In this document: piece by piece, positions 1 through 9,889 of the stretch | Layout: each line of letters opens with the position of its first letter | Position numbering within the stretch: the first letter of the stretch is position 1 | DNA from: an uncultured Bdellovibrionales bacterium | GTDB taxonomy: Bacteria > Patescibacteriota > Minisyncoccia > Moranbacterales > UBA1568 | Assembly: GCA_964543815.1 (NCBI GenBank) | Contig: CAZIZG010000006.1 | Location: forward strand, 3,656-67,655 | Reading direction: 5' to 3' | DNA: 64,000 nucleotides | Made by a program: the position numbers and the translations under genes | Notes under the pieces: generated by a model | What the model was told of the DNA's origin: nothing | Database searches by the model: none | Seen by the model: the letters and a program-made list of their open reading frames with translations, nothing else

Positions 1-19
1 AGATCTAAACAATATACCT

Positions 20-601
20 ATGTCTGATCTCTACACGGCGAAAGATTTCAAACACCTCTTGGGTTTACCTGGCTTCTCCGACACCCTCCTTACCAATCAC
101 TTCACACTCTATGAAGGCTACGTAAAGAATACGAATCTCCTCATGGAAAAACTTGACGCATTGGAAGCTGGTACACCTGAGTATTATGAACTGAAACGAA
201 GACTCGGTTGGGAATTCGGGGGAATGAGAATGCATGAATTGTACTTCGGTAATATGACGAAAGAGGGTTCTGCTTTCAATGAAGAGTCAGCTCTCGGCAA
301 GAAGATACTCGCAACCTGGGGGAACATGGACGCCTGGAAGGAAAGCTTTATGAAACTTGGTACTATCCGAGGCATCGGTTGGGTCGTACTTCTTCAAGAC
401 AACGAATCGAAGGAGCTCTTTCATATCTGGGTTGGTGACCACCATGAAGGGCACATCCTTAATACCACACCCATCCTCGTTCTTGATTGCTGGGAACACG
501 CTTACATCACCGACTATGGCATCAAACGAGCTGATTATATCGCTGCCTTCAGTCAAATCATAGACTGGAAAGTAGCAGAAAAAAGATTTGATAGTGCCTA
601 G
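20..601 (+). CDS. Fe/Mn-family superoxide dismutase
   Basis: 193 aa. Carries the metal-ligand motifs of Fe/Mn SOD: NHFTLYEGYVKNTN (compare HHxxYVxxLN), GGMRMHELYF, and the C-terminal LDCWEHAYI (compare DVWEHAYY). Confidence 0.8.
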   Translation: MSDLYTAKDFKHLLGLPGFSDTLLTNHFTLYEGYVKNTNLLMEKLDALEAGTPEYYELKRRLGWEFGGMRMHELYFGNMTKEGSAFNEESALGKKILATWGNMDAWKESFMKLGTIRGIGWVVLLQDNESKELFHIWVGDHHEGHILNTTPILVLDCWEHAYITDYGIKRADYIAAFSQIIDWKVAEKRFDSA

Positions 602-669
602 TTTTCTCTCGTTACTTTCCTCAAGAATAAAAAAATAAAGCAGTCGCACTACCGACTGAAGATAATTTT

Positions 670-3285
670 ATGACTCTAGATCATATCAAGCGACGCGATG
701 GAGAAGTGGTTCCGTTTGACCGTTCTCGTATTGAATCCGCCATCACCCTCGCCTGTGACGCCACTGGTGAAACAGAAAAGGCCTTCATTCCTCAAATGAC
801 TGATGATGTCCTAAGCGACCTCATTGTATCGTGTGGTACTGGAGCCGAGAGTCATATTCCTTCCGTTGAGAAGATTCAGGATTTGGTAGAAAAACACCTC
901 ATGAAAGAGGGAAAGTATGAGATAGCCAAGGCCTACATTTTGTATCGCGAGAAACAAAATGAAAAGCGTGATGAACGCAAAGAAAAATTAGTAGAGCAGT
1001 TTGAACAGCATTCCATGAAGGTAACAAAGGCTGATGGCACCAAAAAGCTCTTTGAGATTAGCAAGATTCAGGCCGTATTCAACCGGGCAGCGGTGGGCTA
1101 TGAGCAATACTGCACTTTTGATGCTCTCCTCGAGGCGTTCAAAAAAAACATCGTTGACGAGATTAAAACTTCCGACATCAGCAAGCTCCTTGTCAAAACT
1201 TGTATTGACCTCGTTACCGTTGAAAATATTCACTGGCAGAATGTAGCAGCTCGTATCCTCCTTGGTGACCTCTACAAACAAGCCATCAAAAATAGGAGCC
1301 TGGAGCAAAAAGATATTTACTCACCAGAAGCCTACAAAAAACACTTCGATGACTACATCGAGCGTGGTCTGTATTACAAGGAATTTTACCAGTATTACTC
1401 ACCAGAGGATATTTTAGAAGCCGGAAAACATCTGTCCAAAGAGACCGATTTGTCCTATGAATACACCACCATTGTCTCCTTCATCAAGCGCTATCTTTTG
1501 AATCCAAATAAGGTTATTCGGGAGTTGCCACAAGAGATGTATATGTCAGTTGCTCTCTTTCTGGCCATCCCAGAAAAACCTGAGAATCGCCTTCGCTTTG
1601 CTCTCAAAATCTACGAACACTGTTCCAAACAGCGCATTTCTCTCCCAACACCGACCCTCCTTAACGCTCGTACCAACTATCATCAACTCTCGAGCTGCTT
1701 CAAAATCAACGTTAACGATGATTTGCGCGCCATTTATCACGCCGTAGAAAACATGGCTCAAATTTCAAAGTTTGGCGGAGGAGTAGGGGTCTATCTTGGC
1801 AATATTCGTTCGCGTGGGAGCTCTATCCGAGGCGTCAAAGGTATGTCGGGCGGAGTCAATCCCTGGGTCAAAGTCATCAACGATACTGCTGTCGCCGTGA
1901 ATCAACTTGGATCGCGTCTCGGTGCGATCTCCGTCACCCTCGATATCTGGCACCTCGATATCTATGATTTCCTTGATCTTCAGACGGAAACCGGTGATAT
2001 TCGGGCGAAAGCTTTTGATATTTTTCCGGCCGTCTCCATCCCTGATCTCTTCATGAAGCGTCTCAAAGAAGACGGCGACGTTACACTCTTTGATCCCCAT
2101 GAAATTGAGGATCTCTACGGTAGACGACTCCAGGATTCTTTTTCCGAATCATTCGATGAATTTTATGTCACTCTTGAAAAAGATCAGCGGATTGAAATGA
2201 AAAAAGTCGTCAAGGCTAAAGAGGTATTTAAAAAATTCCTCAAATCAACCGTTGAGACTGGTATGCCCTATGTGTTCTTCCGTGATACTGTCAATCGACT
2301 CAATCCGAACAAACATGCCGGTAATATTTATTCAACCCAGCTTTGCACAGAAATTTGTCAAAATACCTCTGATACCAAATTTATTGAAGAAACTATCGAA
2401 GACGGCAAGATTATTATCCGCTATGAACCAGGCGATCTCGTGGTCTGCAATTTGGCCTCAATCAACGTCGCTACCGTTTTTGAAGATGTAGTTATTGCCG
2501 ACGTATTTCCTGTTGTTATGCGGGTTCTTGATAACGTCGTAACCCTTAATTATTATCCAATTAAAGAAGCTGAGCGCACCTCCACCCGTTACCGAAGCGT
2601 CGGTCTGGGATACCTCGGACTCGCTGAGTACTTAGCTACTCATAAACTCGCCTATGACAGCGAGGCCGCCAGAGCCGAGGTTAATCGTCTTTTTGAACGT
2701 TACACCTACTATACCTACCGCGCTTCCATCGATTTAGCCAAGGAACGTGGCACCTATGAACTCTACCCGGGCAGCGAATACTCTCAAGGAATCCTCCTGG
2801 GACGCACCAGTAGCTGGTTTGAAGAGCACACTCCGTATGCCGCACAGTGGAAAGCCCTGTTTGCTGATATGCAAACACACGGCGTACGCTTTGCTTACCA
2901 TACCGCTCCCGCTCCTAATACCTCGACCGCTGGTGTCGTTGGAACCACGGCCGCTCTTCTCCCTATCTACAAGAAATTCTTCGTTGAAACCAATCTCTCA
3001 GCACCAACGCTTCGGGTTGCTCCAAAGCTCTCCAAAGAGAACTTCTGGTACTACAAAGAGTACATCAACATGAACATGAATGATGTCATTGATATGATGG
3101 CCGTCATTTACCCCTGGATTGATCAGTCTATCTCCTTTGAATGGATGATCGATCCGTCCCGGGTCAGTCCGGCTCAGCTCTACAGCTACTACGTCAAGGC
3201 CTGGGAACAAGGCATCAAGACTGTCTACTACGTCCGAAGTCTCTCCGCTGAAGTCAAGGAAGACTGTGTCAGTTGTAGCGGCTAA
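670..3285 (+). CDS. nrdA: Ribonucleoside-diphosphate reductase class I alpha subunit
   Basis: 871 aa. N-terminal ATP-cone (DHIKRRDGEVVPFDRSRI), catalytic STQLCTEI motif, C-terminal Cys pair (CVSCSG). Followed directly by the R2 subunit gene. Confidence 0.9.
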   Translation: MTLDHIKRRDGEVVPFDRSRIESAITLACDATGETEKAFIPQMTDDVLSDLIVSCGTGAESHIPSVEKIQDLVEKHLMKEGKYEIAKAYILYREKQNEKRDERKEKLVEQFEQHSMKVTKADGTKKLFEISKIQAVFNRAAVGYEQYCTFDALLEAFKKNIVDEIKTSDISKLLVKTCIDLVTVENIHWQNVAARILLGDLYKQAIKNRSLEQKDIYSPEAYKKHFDDYIERGLYYKEFYQYYSPEDILEAGKHLSKETDLSYEYTTIVSFIKRYLLNPNKVIRELPQEMYMSVALFLAIPEKPENRLRFALKIYEHCSKQRISLPTPTLLNARTNYHQLSSCFKINVNDDLRAIYHAVENMAQISKFGGGVGVYLGNIRSRGSSIRGVKGMSGGVNPWVKVINDTAVAVNQLGSRLGAISVTLDIWHLDIYDFLDLQTETGDIRAKAFDIFPAVSIPDLFMKRLKEDGDVTLFDPHEIEDLYGRRLQDSFSESFDEFYVTLEKDQRIEMKKVVKAKEVFKKFLKSTVETGMPYVFFRDTVNRLNPNKHAGNIYSTQLCTEICQNTSDTKFIEETIEDGKIIIRYEPGDLVVCNLASINVATVFEDVVIADVFPVVMRVLDNVVTLNYYPIKEAERTSTRYRSVGLGYLGLAEYLATHKLAYDSEAARAEVNRLFERYTYYTYRASIDLAKERGTYELYPGSEYSQGILLGRTSSWFEEHTPYAAQWKALFADMQTHGVRFAYHTAPAPNTSTAGVVGTTAALLPIYKKFFVETNLSAPTLRVAPKLSKENFWYYKEYINMNMNDVIDMMAVIYPWIDQSISFEWMIDPSRVSPAQLYSYYVKAWEQGIKTVYYVRSLSAEVKEDCVSCSG

Positions 3286-4378
3286 TAACCGCCCAATTAG
3301 CCGCAAACACAGCAATTTACCTATTATTTTGAGTATGACCGAAGAAATGAAGCGTAACATGATGTTCAACCCAAAAGGGGATGATACGGTCGAGGTTCGA
3401 ACTATCATCAAGGGAACCACTACGGGACTCTTTAACCTCAACGCCACTAAGTACCCTTGGGCGAAATCTCTCTATCAAGTCATGGTTGGGAACTTTTGGG
3501 TACCAGAAAAAGTCTCTGGACTAAAGGACGATGCCCGTATGTTCCACTCGGATTTAACGCCGGAACAACAAAAAGCCTACAAGGGCATCCTTTCCTTCCT
3601 CATCTTCCTTGATTCGATTCAAACAGTAAATTTACCTCATTTTGCCGATTATATTACCTCTCCAGAAGTAAATCTCATCTTGGCTATCCAAGCCTATCAA
3701 GAGGCCATTCACTCACAGTCCTATGCCACCATCCTAGAATCAGTGGTGGAGAGTGCTGAACGCGATGAAATCTACTATTTCTGGCGCACCGACGAAACAC
3801 TCTTGGCTCGCAATAAGTACATCGGTCAGATTTATCAAGATTTTGTTGATAAACCATCCGATGAAACCTTTTTCAGAGGCATCGTTGCGAATTTTCTCCT
3901 TGAATCCCTTTACTTCTACAATGGATTTGCCTTCTTTGACACCCTCGTTGATCATATGAAGATGCTCGCCACTGGCCGCATGATCGCCTATATCCGTCGT
4001 GATGAACTGACCCATGTTACTATTTTTGCTAATATCATTCGTGAAATTCACAAAGAATTCCCTGATATTTACAACGAAAACCTTATCAAAGAAATGATGG
4101 CAGAGGCTGTCAAACAAGAAATCGAGTGGAGCAAACATATTCTAGGTAACAAGATTCCTGGTATTAACGGCGAAACTACCGAAGGATATACCAAGTGGTT
4201 AGCCAATAACCGCCTGGCTATGCTCAATATTGACCCGCTCTACCCCGAAGCGGTGGTCAATCCCTACAAACACCTCGATCGCCTCCAGGACACCAATAGT
4301 GATAAGGGAAACTTCTTCGAAACGACAGTTGTCAACTACACTCAATCAAGCAGCATGAATGGCAGCTGGGATTTTTAG
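3266..4378 (+). CDS. nrdB: Ribonucleotide reductase class I beta (R2) subunit; start uncertain (alternative ATG at 3335)
   Basis: Ferritin-like di-iron motifs (QAYQEAIHSQSY; RRDELTHVTIF). Immediately downstream of nrdA. The annotated start overlaps nrdA by 20 nt; the in-frame MTEEMKRN at 3335 is an alternative. Confidence 0.85.
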   Translation: MSVVAANNRPISRKHSNLPIILSMTEEMKRNMMFNPKGDDTVEVRTIIKGTTTGLFNLNATKYPWAKSLYQVMVGNFWVPEKVSGLKDDARMFHSDLTPEQQKAYKGILSFLIFLDSIQTVNLPHFADYITSPEVNLILAIQAYQEAIHSQSYATILESVVESAERDEIYYFWRTDETLLARNKYIGQIYQDFVDKPSDETFFRGIVANFLLESLYFYNGFAFFDTLVDHMKMLATGRMIAYIRRDELTHVTIFANIIREIHKEFPDIYNENLIKEMMAEAVKQEIEWSKHILGNKIPGINGETTEGYTKWLANNRLAMLNIDPLYPEAVVNPYKHLDRLQDTNSDKGNFFETTVVNYTQSSSMNGSWDF

Positions 4379-4392
4379 AAGATCAATTCTTT

Positions 4393-4430
4393 CCGAAACC
4401 CCTCTTCAACAAGGAGGGGTTTTTATTTTC
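4393..4430 (+). terminator. Rho-independent terminator after nrdB
   Basis: Hairpin aaaccCCTCttcaacaaGGAGGGgttttt followed by a T-run. Confidence 0.7.
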
Positions 4431-4477
4431 GAGAATATCCTGGTGTGGTATAATCGGAACAGATATTATTCTCGCTT

Positions 4478-5413
4478 ATGAATATAAATACAAAATTTGC
4501 CACATTGGTTTTTGCTTTGATGGTAGCCTTCCTTCCTTTTGCCGGCACTCCAGTTCAGGCGCAGTCTACCGGCCTCCAGTACCAGTTACTCGAAAAAATT
4601 CCTGGGACCGACAATCTCGGCAGCGACCTCCCCGGCTATGTCAGTGCCATCTATAAAATTTCCCTTGTTGTAGTAACACTCTCAGCCGTCCTTATGCTTT
4701 CGATTGGCGGCTTCATGTATCTTACCAGCGCTGGCAATGTCGCCTCTATCAGTACCGCCAAAGGCATTATCACCGATTCTCTTATTGGGCTCATTATTGC
4801 CCTTTCCGCTTGGCTCATTCTCTATATTATCAATCCTGACCTGGTAAAAATTAGCCTCGGCAATTTGCCACCAGCCCAAACAACTACCGCTCCACCCGCG
4901 ACAGCCCCCGGTTCTATTGGTACCCTACCCTCTGGCAGCGATTCAGAATTAGCAGAAGAAATTCTTAATACCGGAAACATCGGCCTCAATTCAACTGGTA
5001 GTTGCAGCAGCCCAAGCGGTCAAGTTACTCCTCAAAAAAATATCGCGGATATCGCTCACGGCAAACAAGCCGCCAAATGCAGTGCGAACTGCCAAACCAA
5101 GGGGAGTAGCGGCTGCGTGGACAATGGTACTAATTTAAGTAACAAGATGCTCGCAGCCATTCTAGCGGTTGGGAAAACTATGTCTTTCACCATTACCAGC
5201 GTGGCGGGTGGTCCGCATGCTGGCGATTCCAAGCACTACAGTGGTAGTGCTATTGATATTGTTCCGGTTAATCAAGCCCTCCTTGATGCCTTTGTAAAAG
5301 CCGGCGCCTTTCCTCCTAATGGAAATGCTGCTTCTATGTGCGAGAAAGATGGGAAAAATGTAGGCTGTAGCGGTGCTGGTGCCAATCATATTCACCTTAT
5401 ATTCCCCAATTAA
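4478..5413 (+). CDS. Secreted membrane protein with TrbC/VirB2-like topology (signal peptide plus two TM helices) and a Cys-rich C-terminal extension
   Basis: Signal peptide ...PVQAQS, then two hydrophobic helices (ISLVVVTLSAVLMLSIGGFMYLTSAG; LIGLIIALSAWLILYII) typical of T4SS pilin-like proteins. The ~170-aa C-terminal region contains 8 Cys. An extended -10 (tgtGGTATAAT) lies upstream. Confidence 0.4.
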   Translation: MNINTKFATLVFALMVAFLPFAGTPVQAQSTGLQYQLLEKIPGTDNLGSDLPGYVSAIYKISLVVVTLSAVLMLSIGGFMYLTSAGNVASISTAKGIITDSLIGLIIALSAWLILYIINPDLVKISLGNLPPAQTTTAPPATAPGSIGTLPSGSDSELAEEILNTGNIGLNSTGSCSSPSGQVTPQKNIADIAHGKQAAKCSANCQTKGSSGCVDNGTNLSNKMLAAILAVGKTMSFTITSVAGGPHAGDSKHYSGSAIDIVPVNQALLDAFVKAGAFPPNGNAASMCEKDGKNVGCSGAGANHIHLIFPN

Positions 5414-5422
5414 AGCGCTTTC

Positions 5423-6580
5423 TTGAACTCCTGTTCAGTTGTTATGGCTAAAAAGATTTTTTTCTTTTCTCTGAGTCTTTTTGTTTTAGTACTGATATTT
5501 CTTGGTGCCTACAACCTTGCTTTCAAAAACAACGTTAACGATCCAGTAGCTGATCCAGGGAAAAAATCCTTCGAAAAAAATAATACTGAGCCACAGTTTA
5601 CTCCCAATGGGACTGCTGAAAATCCCATCAATGAAGCCATTCTAGGAGCCACTGGGAGTGATGATTATTTTATTTACTACTACTCACTTGATGATAAATC
5701 CATCAAAAAAGCAACTTTTGAGGGGAAAAATAAGAGTATTCTCATGAGTCACCTACCCGGGGAAGTAACTCGAATACTCTGGTCTCCAAAAAGAGATAAG
5801 GCTCTCCTTTTTATTGCACAGGATGGTCCGTCGCTATGGTATTTCGCTAATCTCACAACAAAAACATTGATTCCCTTAAAACCAGAGATCTCAAGACTGG
5901 CTTGGGATAACTTTGGCGAAAAAATATTCTATCAGTATACCGACCCAATCACCAAAAAACGCTCATTAAACATGGCAAATCCTGACGGTGGAAACTGGAA
6001 AAAACTCACTGACTTGGGCGATGATGACTACTACCTTTCCTCTGTCCCAGGAAGTAGCCTCGTTTCTTTTTGGCCTAAGCCAAGGATTCAATCCCTCTCC
6101 TCCCTGGAAACCGTCGGGGCAGCCGGCGAAACCCGTCATATCATAACATCAGGAATCTATGGCGGGGATTACCTCTGGACTTCAAATGGAGAAAGGGTTG
6201 TTGTAAGCGGTGATGAAACAACAGATGGCAAAAATTTTTCTCTCCGAGTTATTGAAAATACTGGCCAGGCTAAAGACTTAGCTATACCGACCATTACCTC
6301 TAAAACAGTTTGGTCCAAAGATAATCACACTCTGTACTATGCTCTCCCTGGAGGATTACCAGAAAATACACGTCTCCCGAATGACTATTTTGAGAAAAAT
6401 ATTCACAGCAAAGACACCTTTTGGAAAATAGATACAAACACCGGAAAAAAGACACGCTTAGTCACTCTGAAGGATGCTACTCAAATTTTTGATAGTAGCA
6501 ATCTTTTTCTCTCCCCTGAGGAAGATGGTCTTTTCTTTACTGACCGAACAACCAACAAAATTTATCGCATCAGCCTCTAA
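5423..6580 (+). CDS. Membrane-anchored hypothetical protein, probable beta-propeller (TolB/PD40-like)
   Basis: N-terminal TM helix, then repetitive beta-rich segments (YYYSLDD, WSP, YYALPGG). No confident family assignment. Confidence 0.35.
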   Translation: MNSCSVVMAKKIFFFSLSLFVLVLIFLGAYNLAFKNNVNDPVADPGKKSFEKNNTEPQFTPNGTAENPINEAILGATGSDDYFIYYYSLDDKSIKKATFEGKNKSILMSHLPGEVTRILWSPKRDKALLFIAQDGPSLWYFANLTTKTLIPLKPEISRLAWDNFGEKIFYQYTDPITKKRSLNMANPDGGNWKKLTDLGDDDYYLSSVPGSSLVSFWPKPRIQSLSSLETVGAAGETRHIITSGIYGGDYLWTSNGERVVVSGDETTDGKNFSLRVIENTGQAKDLAIPTITSKTVWSKDNHTLYYALPGGLPENTRLPNDYFEKNIHSKDTFWKIDTNTGKKTRLVTLKDATQIFDSSNLFLSPEEDGLFFTDRTTNKIYRISL

Positions 6581-7794
6581 CATTTCCGAGGGATAGCCAA
6601 AGTAAACCAAAGAAAAAACACGTAGGAAAGCTCTGTTGTAAACAAAGGTGTATCCATAAAGCCATAAACGAGAAAGAGGGCGGATAGTCCCAGAAAAAAA
6701 ACTGAATCAATACCACTCACTCCCGGGTTGGTATTTTTTTGATACTGTCGCCATAAGAGAAAAATGAGTCGACTCATCAGGATCAAGAAACCCAGCAAAC
6801 CTACGAGTCCTGTCGAGAGGTACACTGCTAAAAAAATATTATGCGGCTCAGGCACAGCCCATTCCAAATACGGCGGAAAAAATGCTTGATAAGAGAGATA
6901 TACTTGCTGGAAGCGTCCAATACCAATACCAAAAACAGGAGAATCGCTTACCATTTTTAATGCTGACTGCCAAATCATAAGACGGGATGCAAGGGCTGAG
7001 CGCTCACTCTGATGCATGAGCGCTTGCCACTTGTCTGACCCATGTTCAAAATAAATAAAGGCAAGGAATACAGACAGCACTGAGAGGCCAATGAGTAACG
7101 ATTTCTTGAAAGGGGTGCAATGATTATTTTTTAAAAGAAGAAAAATACCCAAAGCAACGAATACTCCTCCCCAAGCGCCATAAGAATGCGTAGCAAAAAA
7201 AACCGAAACAAGAAGAGCCAGTACTGAGAGATTTGCAAACCAAAGCCACGACTGAGTCCTTACATAGAGAAGATACCAGCATGACATCAAAATAGCTGGC
7301 GCGAGTGAGTAGGCCAGAAAGTTTGGAGAAGCATAGTCGCCTTGTAATCGACCATCGTAGGTTATATCACCCGTAAGAAGATAATAAAAACTTCGTAGAG
7401 CAATACCACAAAGCACACCATACCAAATGATAAGCATGCGGTCTCTTTCTCTTAGGTGTTGCGTATCACGCCAAAGTAGGAGGGCAAACAAAAATGGAAA
7501 TCCAAACCAAGACTTTATCATGCCTAGGCCCGTGAGAGTATAAGGATTCAATAAAAGAGAAACGATACTACCTCCCAAAAAAAGAATCCCTCCTAGGAGG
7601 ATACCTCGGTCCAGACCCGTAAACAATGAGTTCTTCTGTCGAGTAATTAAAAACGCTATAAGAGACAGGGTTACAAAAATTTCCGGAAAATAGAACGGAA
7701 ACACACCAATCACCATCTTCAAATGTGAAAATGGCAACAGTATTATAGTAATAATGAGGAATACAGTGATGACTTGTTGGTGAAAAAATTTCAT
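6577..7794 (-). CDS. O-antigen ligase / Wzy-like polymerase family membrane protein
   Basis: Polytopic protein. Wzy_C-like segment MIWQSALKMVSDSPVFGIGIGRFQQVY...HNIFLAVYLSTGLVG. Confidence 0.7.
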   Translation of the reverse strand: MKFFHQQVITVFLIITIILLPFSHLKMVIGVFPFYFPEIFVTLSLIAFLITRQKNSLFTGLDRGILLGGILFLGGSIVSLLLNPYTLTGLGMIKSWFGFPFLFALLLWRDTQHLRERDRMLIIWYGVLCGIALRSFYYLLTGDITYDGRLQGDYASPNFLAYSLAPAILMSCWYLLYVRTQSWLWFANLSVLALLVSVFFATHSYGAWGGVFVALGIFLLLKNNHCTPFKKSLLIGLSVLSVFLAFIYFEHGSDKWQALMHQSERSALASRLMIWQSALKMVSDSPVFGIGIGRFQQVYLSYQAFFPPYLEWAVPEPHNIFLAVYLSTGLVGLLGFLILMSRLIFLLWRQYQKNTNPGVSGIDSVFFLGLSALFLVYGFMDTPLFTTELSYVFFLWFTLAIPRKC

Positions 7795-9101
7795 ATCCTT
7801 TTCGGGATGTATCGAGAGGTTCCTAATGCAAGAAATAAAAGCAAAATTGGTAAAACATGCACCGAGTAGAGAGGAGTCTCAAAAAGAGCGTGCGCAGAAA
7901 ATATCACTAAAGAGAGTACCGTCACATAACCAATGGTATCTCCTTTATTTCTCCAACGTAACCAGGAGTGTCCAATAGCCCCAAAAAGAAGTAGGAGGAA
8001 GAAAGCTAGGCCCAGACCTCCGATTTCAACTGCGATATCAAGATACAGGTTATGGACATAGATTGGATCCCGATACGTAGCGCTTGGCTTAACAACAAGC
8101 GGATAATTTCCCACCCCCACCCCCAATAATGGCTGCTCAGCTATGTGATTTATTGCCTCATGCCAAAGACGGATTCGTTCAATATTTGATCCGTCATACT
8201 GCGAAAAGCTAGAGTAAAAACGGTGGGGAAAGGGCGTAAAGAAAAGTAAGCCAAAAAAGAGCACTCCCCATGCCATCACTAACATTTTCCTTTTCAGTAT
8301 CAAATGCTTTAGCCAATTAGAAGTCATGAACCAAACCAAACTAGCACCCAAGAGACCAACGTATGCCCCGCGTGAAAAAGTAAGCAGGTCAACAAGAATC
8401 AACAAACCGATAGCTGCAAGCCACTTCCACCTCTCTGATTTATCTGCCAAAAGAAAAAAACCGAGAGCAACAGGAATAGCCATACCAATATAAAAAGCAT
8501 ACATATGCGGATCAGGAAAAAATCCTGAAGCACGCAACAAGGTTTTTCCGCCAACATTAACAAGAAGGCTTGGATACTGCTGTACTATTTGACCAAAGGA
8601 ATGACCTAAAAAAAATGGCAGCGTATTCGTCGTCAAATAAATAAACACTGCCTGTACGCCAAAAATAAATTGGGAGAAAAAAATAATTATTCCTGCTGTA
8701 GCTGCAACGAGAGCCCCAACGACATAGGAACGCAGCACAAACAAACAGCGTCCGGTATCTTGAAAGAAATCTAAAAGCACCAGAAAGAGTGGAGCAAAGG
8801 AGAGAAGAAACATTATTTTACGAACAGAGAACGAGGAGTTGATTGACCAGAAATAAGATAGACTCACCATAAACAAAAATGAGCAAAAGAAAAATAATCC
8901 GGCTCGAAATAGCAATCTGATTTCTCCGCGCATACAACCCCTCACGAGCCAGAATAAGCCCAAACCAAGGGTTATTGGCCGTATAATAGCCAAATCTACT
9001 CCTTCAATGGGTGAAAGCGCCCATTGAAAAGGAAGGAGCAGAAAATAAAATTTCAGAAAAAAACTCATAGATGCCTGAAGCAAAAAATATTCTGGAGACA
9101 C
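7791..9101 (-). CDS. O-antigen ligase / polymerase-like membrane protein (second paralog)
   Basis: Polytopic. RLWHEAINHIAEQPLLGVGVGNYP...HNLYLDIAVEIGGLG, matching O-antigen ligase domain style. 4-nt overlap with the downstream gene. Confidence 0.65.
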   Translation of the reverse strand: MSPEYFLLQASMSFFLKFYFLLLPFQWALSPIEGVDLAIIRPITLGLGLFWLVRGCMRGEIRLLFRAGLFFFCSFLFMVSLSYFWSINSSFSVRKIMFLLSFAPLFLVLLDFFQDTGRCLFVLRSYVVGALVAATAGIIIFFSQFIFGVQAVFIYLTTNTLPFFLGHSFGQIVQQYPSLLVNVGGKTLLRASGFFPDPHMYAFYIGMAIPVALGFFLLADKSERWKWLAAIGLLILVDLLTFSRGAYVGLLGASLVWFMTSNWLKHLILKRKMLVMAWGVLFFGLLFFTPFPHRFYSSFSQYDGSNIERIRLWHEAINHIAEQPLLGVGVGNYPLVVKPSATYRDPIYVHNLYLDIAVEIGGLGLAFFLLLLFGAIGHSWLRWRNKGDTIGYVTVLSLVIFSAHALFETPLYSVHVLPILLLFLALGTSRYIPKRI

Positions 9102-9889
9102 TTCAAAACTATTCTTTCAAAAAAACTTCTGTGTTTTTCGTAGTAGAGTCTTTGTGACTGATAAAAATATTTTTTTTGTTCCGTGCGAGAGGTAAAGCTT
9201 TTTCCGCCTTTATGCACAATGGAAAGCTGTGGCAAACAACGAACATGAAAATTATTTTTTTTTGCCCGTACACAAAAATCAACATCCTCGAAGTAAAGAA
9301 AAAAATTCTCATCAAATCCTTCTATTTTCTCAAATGTCGACCGCTTTAAAAAAAGTGCACCCCCACTTACCCACATCAACGGACGAGTGATGCTCTTTCT
9401 CTTCATGAATTTTGGAAAAAGATTACTCTCAAACAATTGTAGAAGCGAGGGCAAAGATTCCTCACCATAATTTGTCGGCTCGCCCTTTTCATCCAGCAAT
9501 GCAAGCCCCAGGATATCATCCCGATTCTGAGCAAAGTGTTCTGCTATCTGTGCCAGCACAGGCGTATGCCAACTAACATCAGGATTAATAAACCCAAGTA
9601 TTGCTCCTCTGGCAATACTAGCTCCCTTATTCGATCCAGCACCAAATCCCAAATTGCGAGATGGAAAAATTTTCACCCGTTGATACAATCGGGAAAGTTG
9701 CTCCAACGCTAACTGCTCCTGAGAGTCATTGTTCACGATTATCACTTCGTACTGACCAAAGTTGGTTTCTTTACCCAACAAACTTTCCAAGGCACACGAA
9801 AGATGCCAAAAGCTATGGTAATTGACGAAAACGAGAGAAATAAGAGGGTGAGTGGACATGGAAATAGTCATCATATGCCCGCCTAACAA
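9065..9889 (-). CDS. Family 2 glycosyltransferase
   Basis: LISLVFVNYHS...VIIVNNDSQ GT2 N-terminal motifs; DxD-like FEDVDF. Confidence 0.75.
   Translation of the reverse strand: MLGGHMMTISMSTHPLISLVFVNYHSFWHLSCALESLLGKETNFGQYEVIIVNNDSQEQLALEQLSRLYQRVKIFPSRNLGFGAGSNKGASIARGAILGFINPDVSWHTPVLAQIAEHFAQNRDDILGLALLDEKGEPTNYGEESLPSLLQLFESNLFPKFMKRKSITRPLMWVSGGALFLKRSTFEKIEGFDENFFLYFEDVDFCVRAKKNNFHVRCLPQLSIVHKGGKSFTSRTEQKKYFYQSQRLYYEKHRSFFERIVLKCLQNIFCFRHL

Noticed and set aside
670-3285. Possibility of an intein or intron in nrdA or polA (common in RNR and polymerases)
   Set aside because: Protein lengths (871 and 873 aa) are normal. No Hint-domain motifs (block A Cys/Ser-His, terminal HN) were seen interrupting the catalytic regions.
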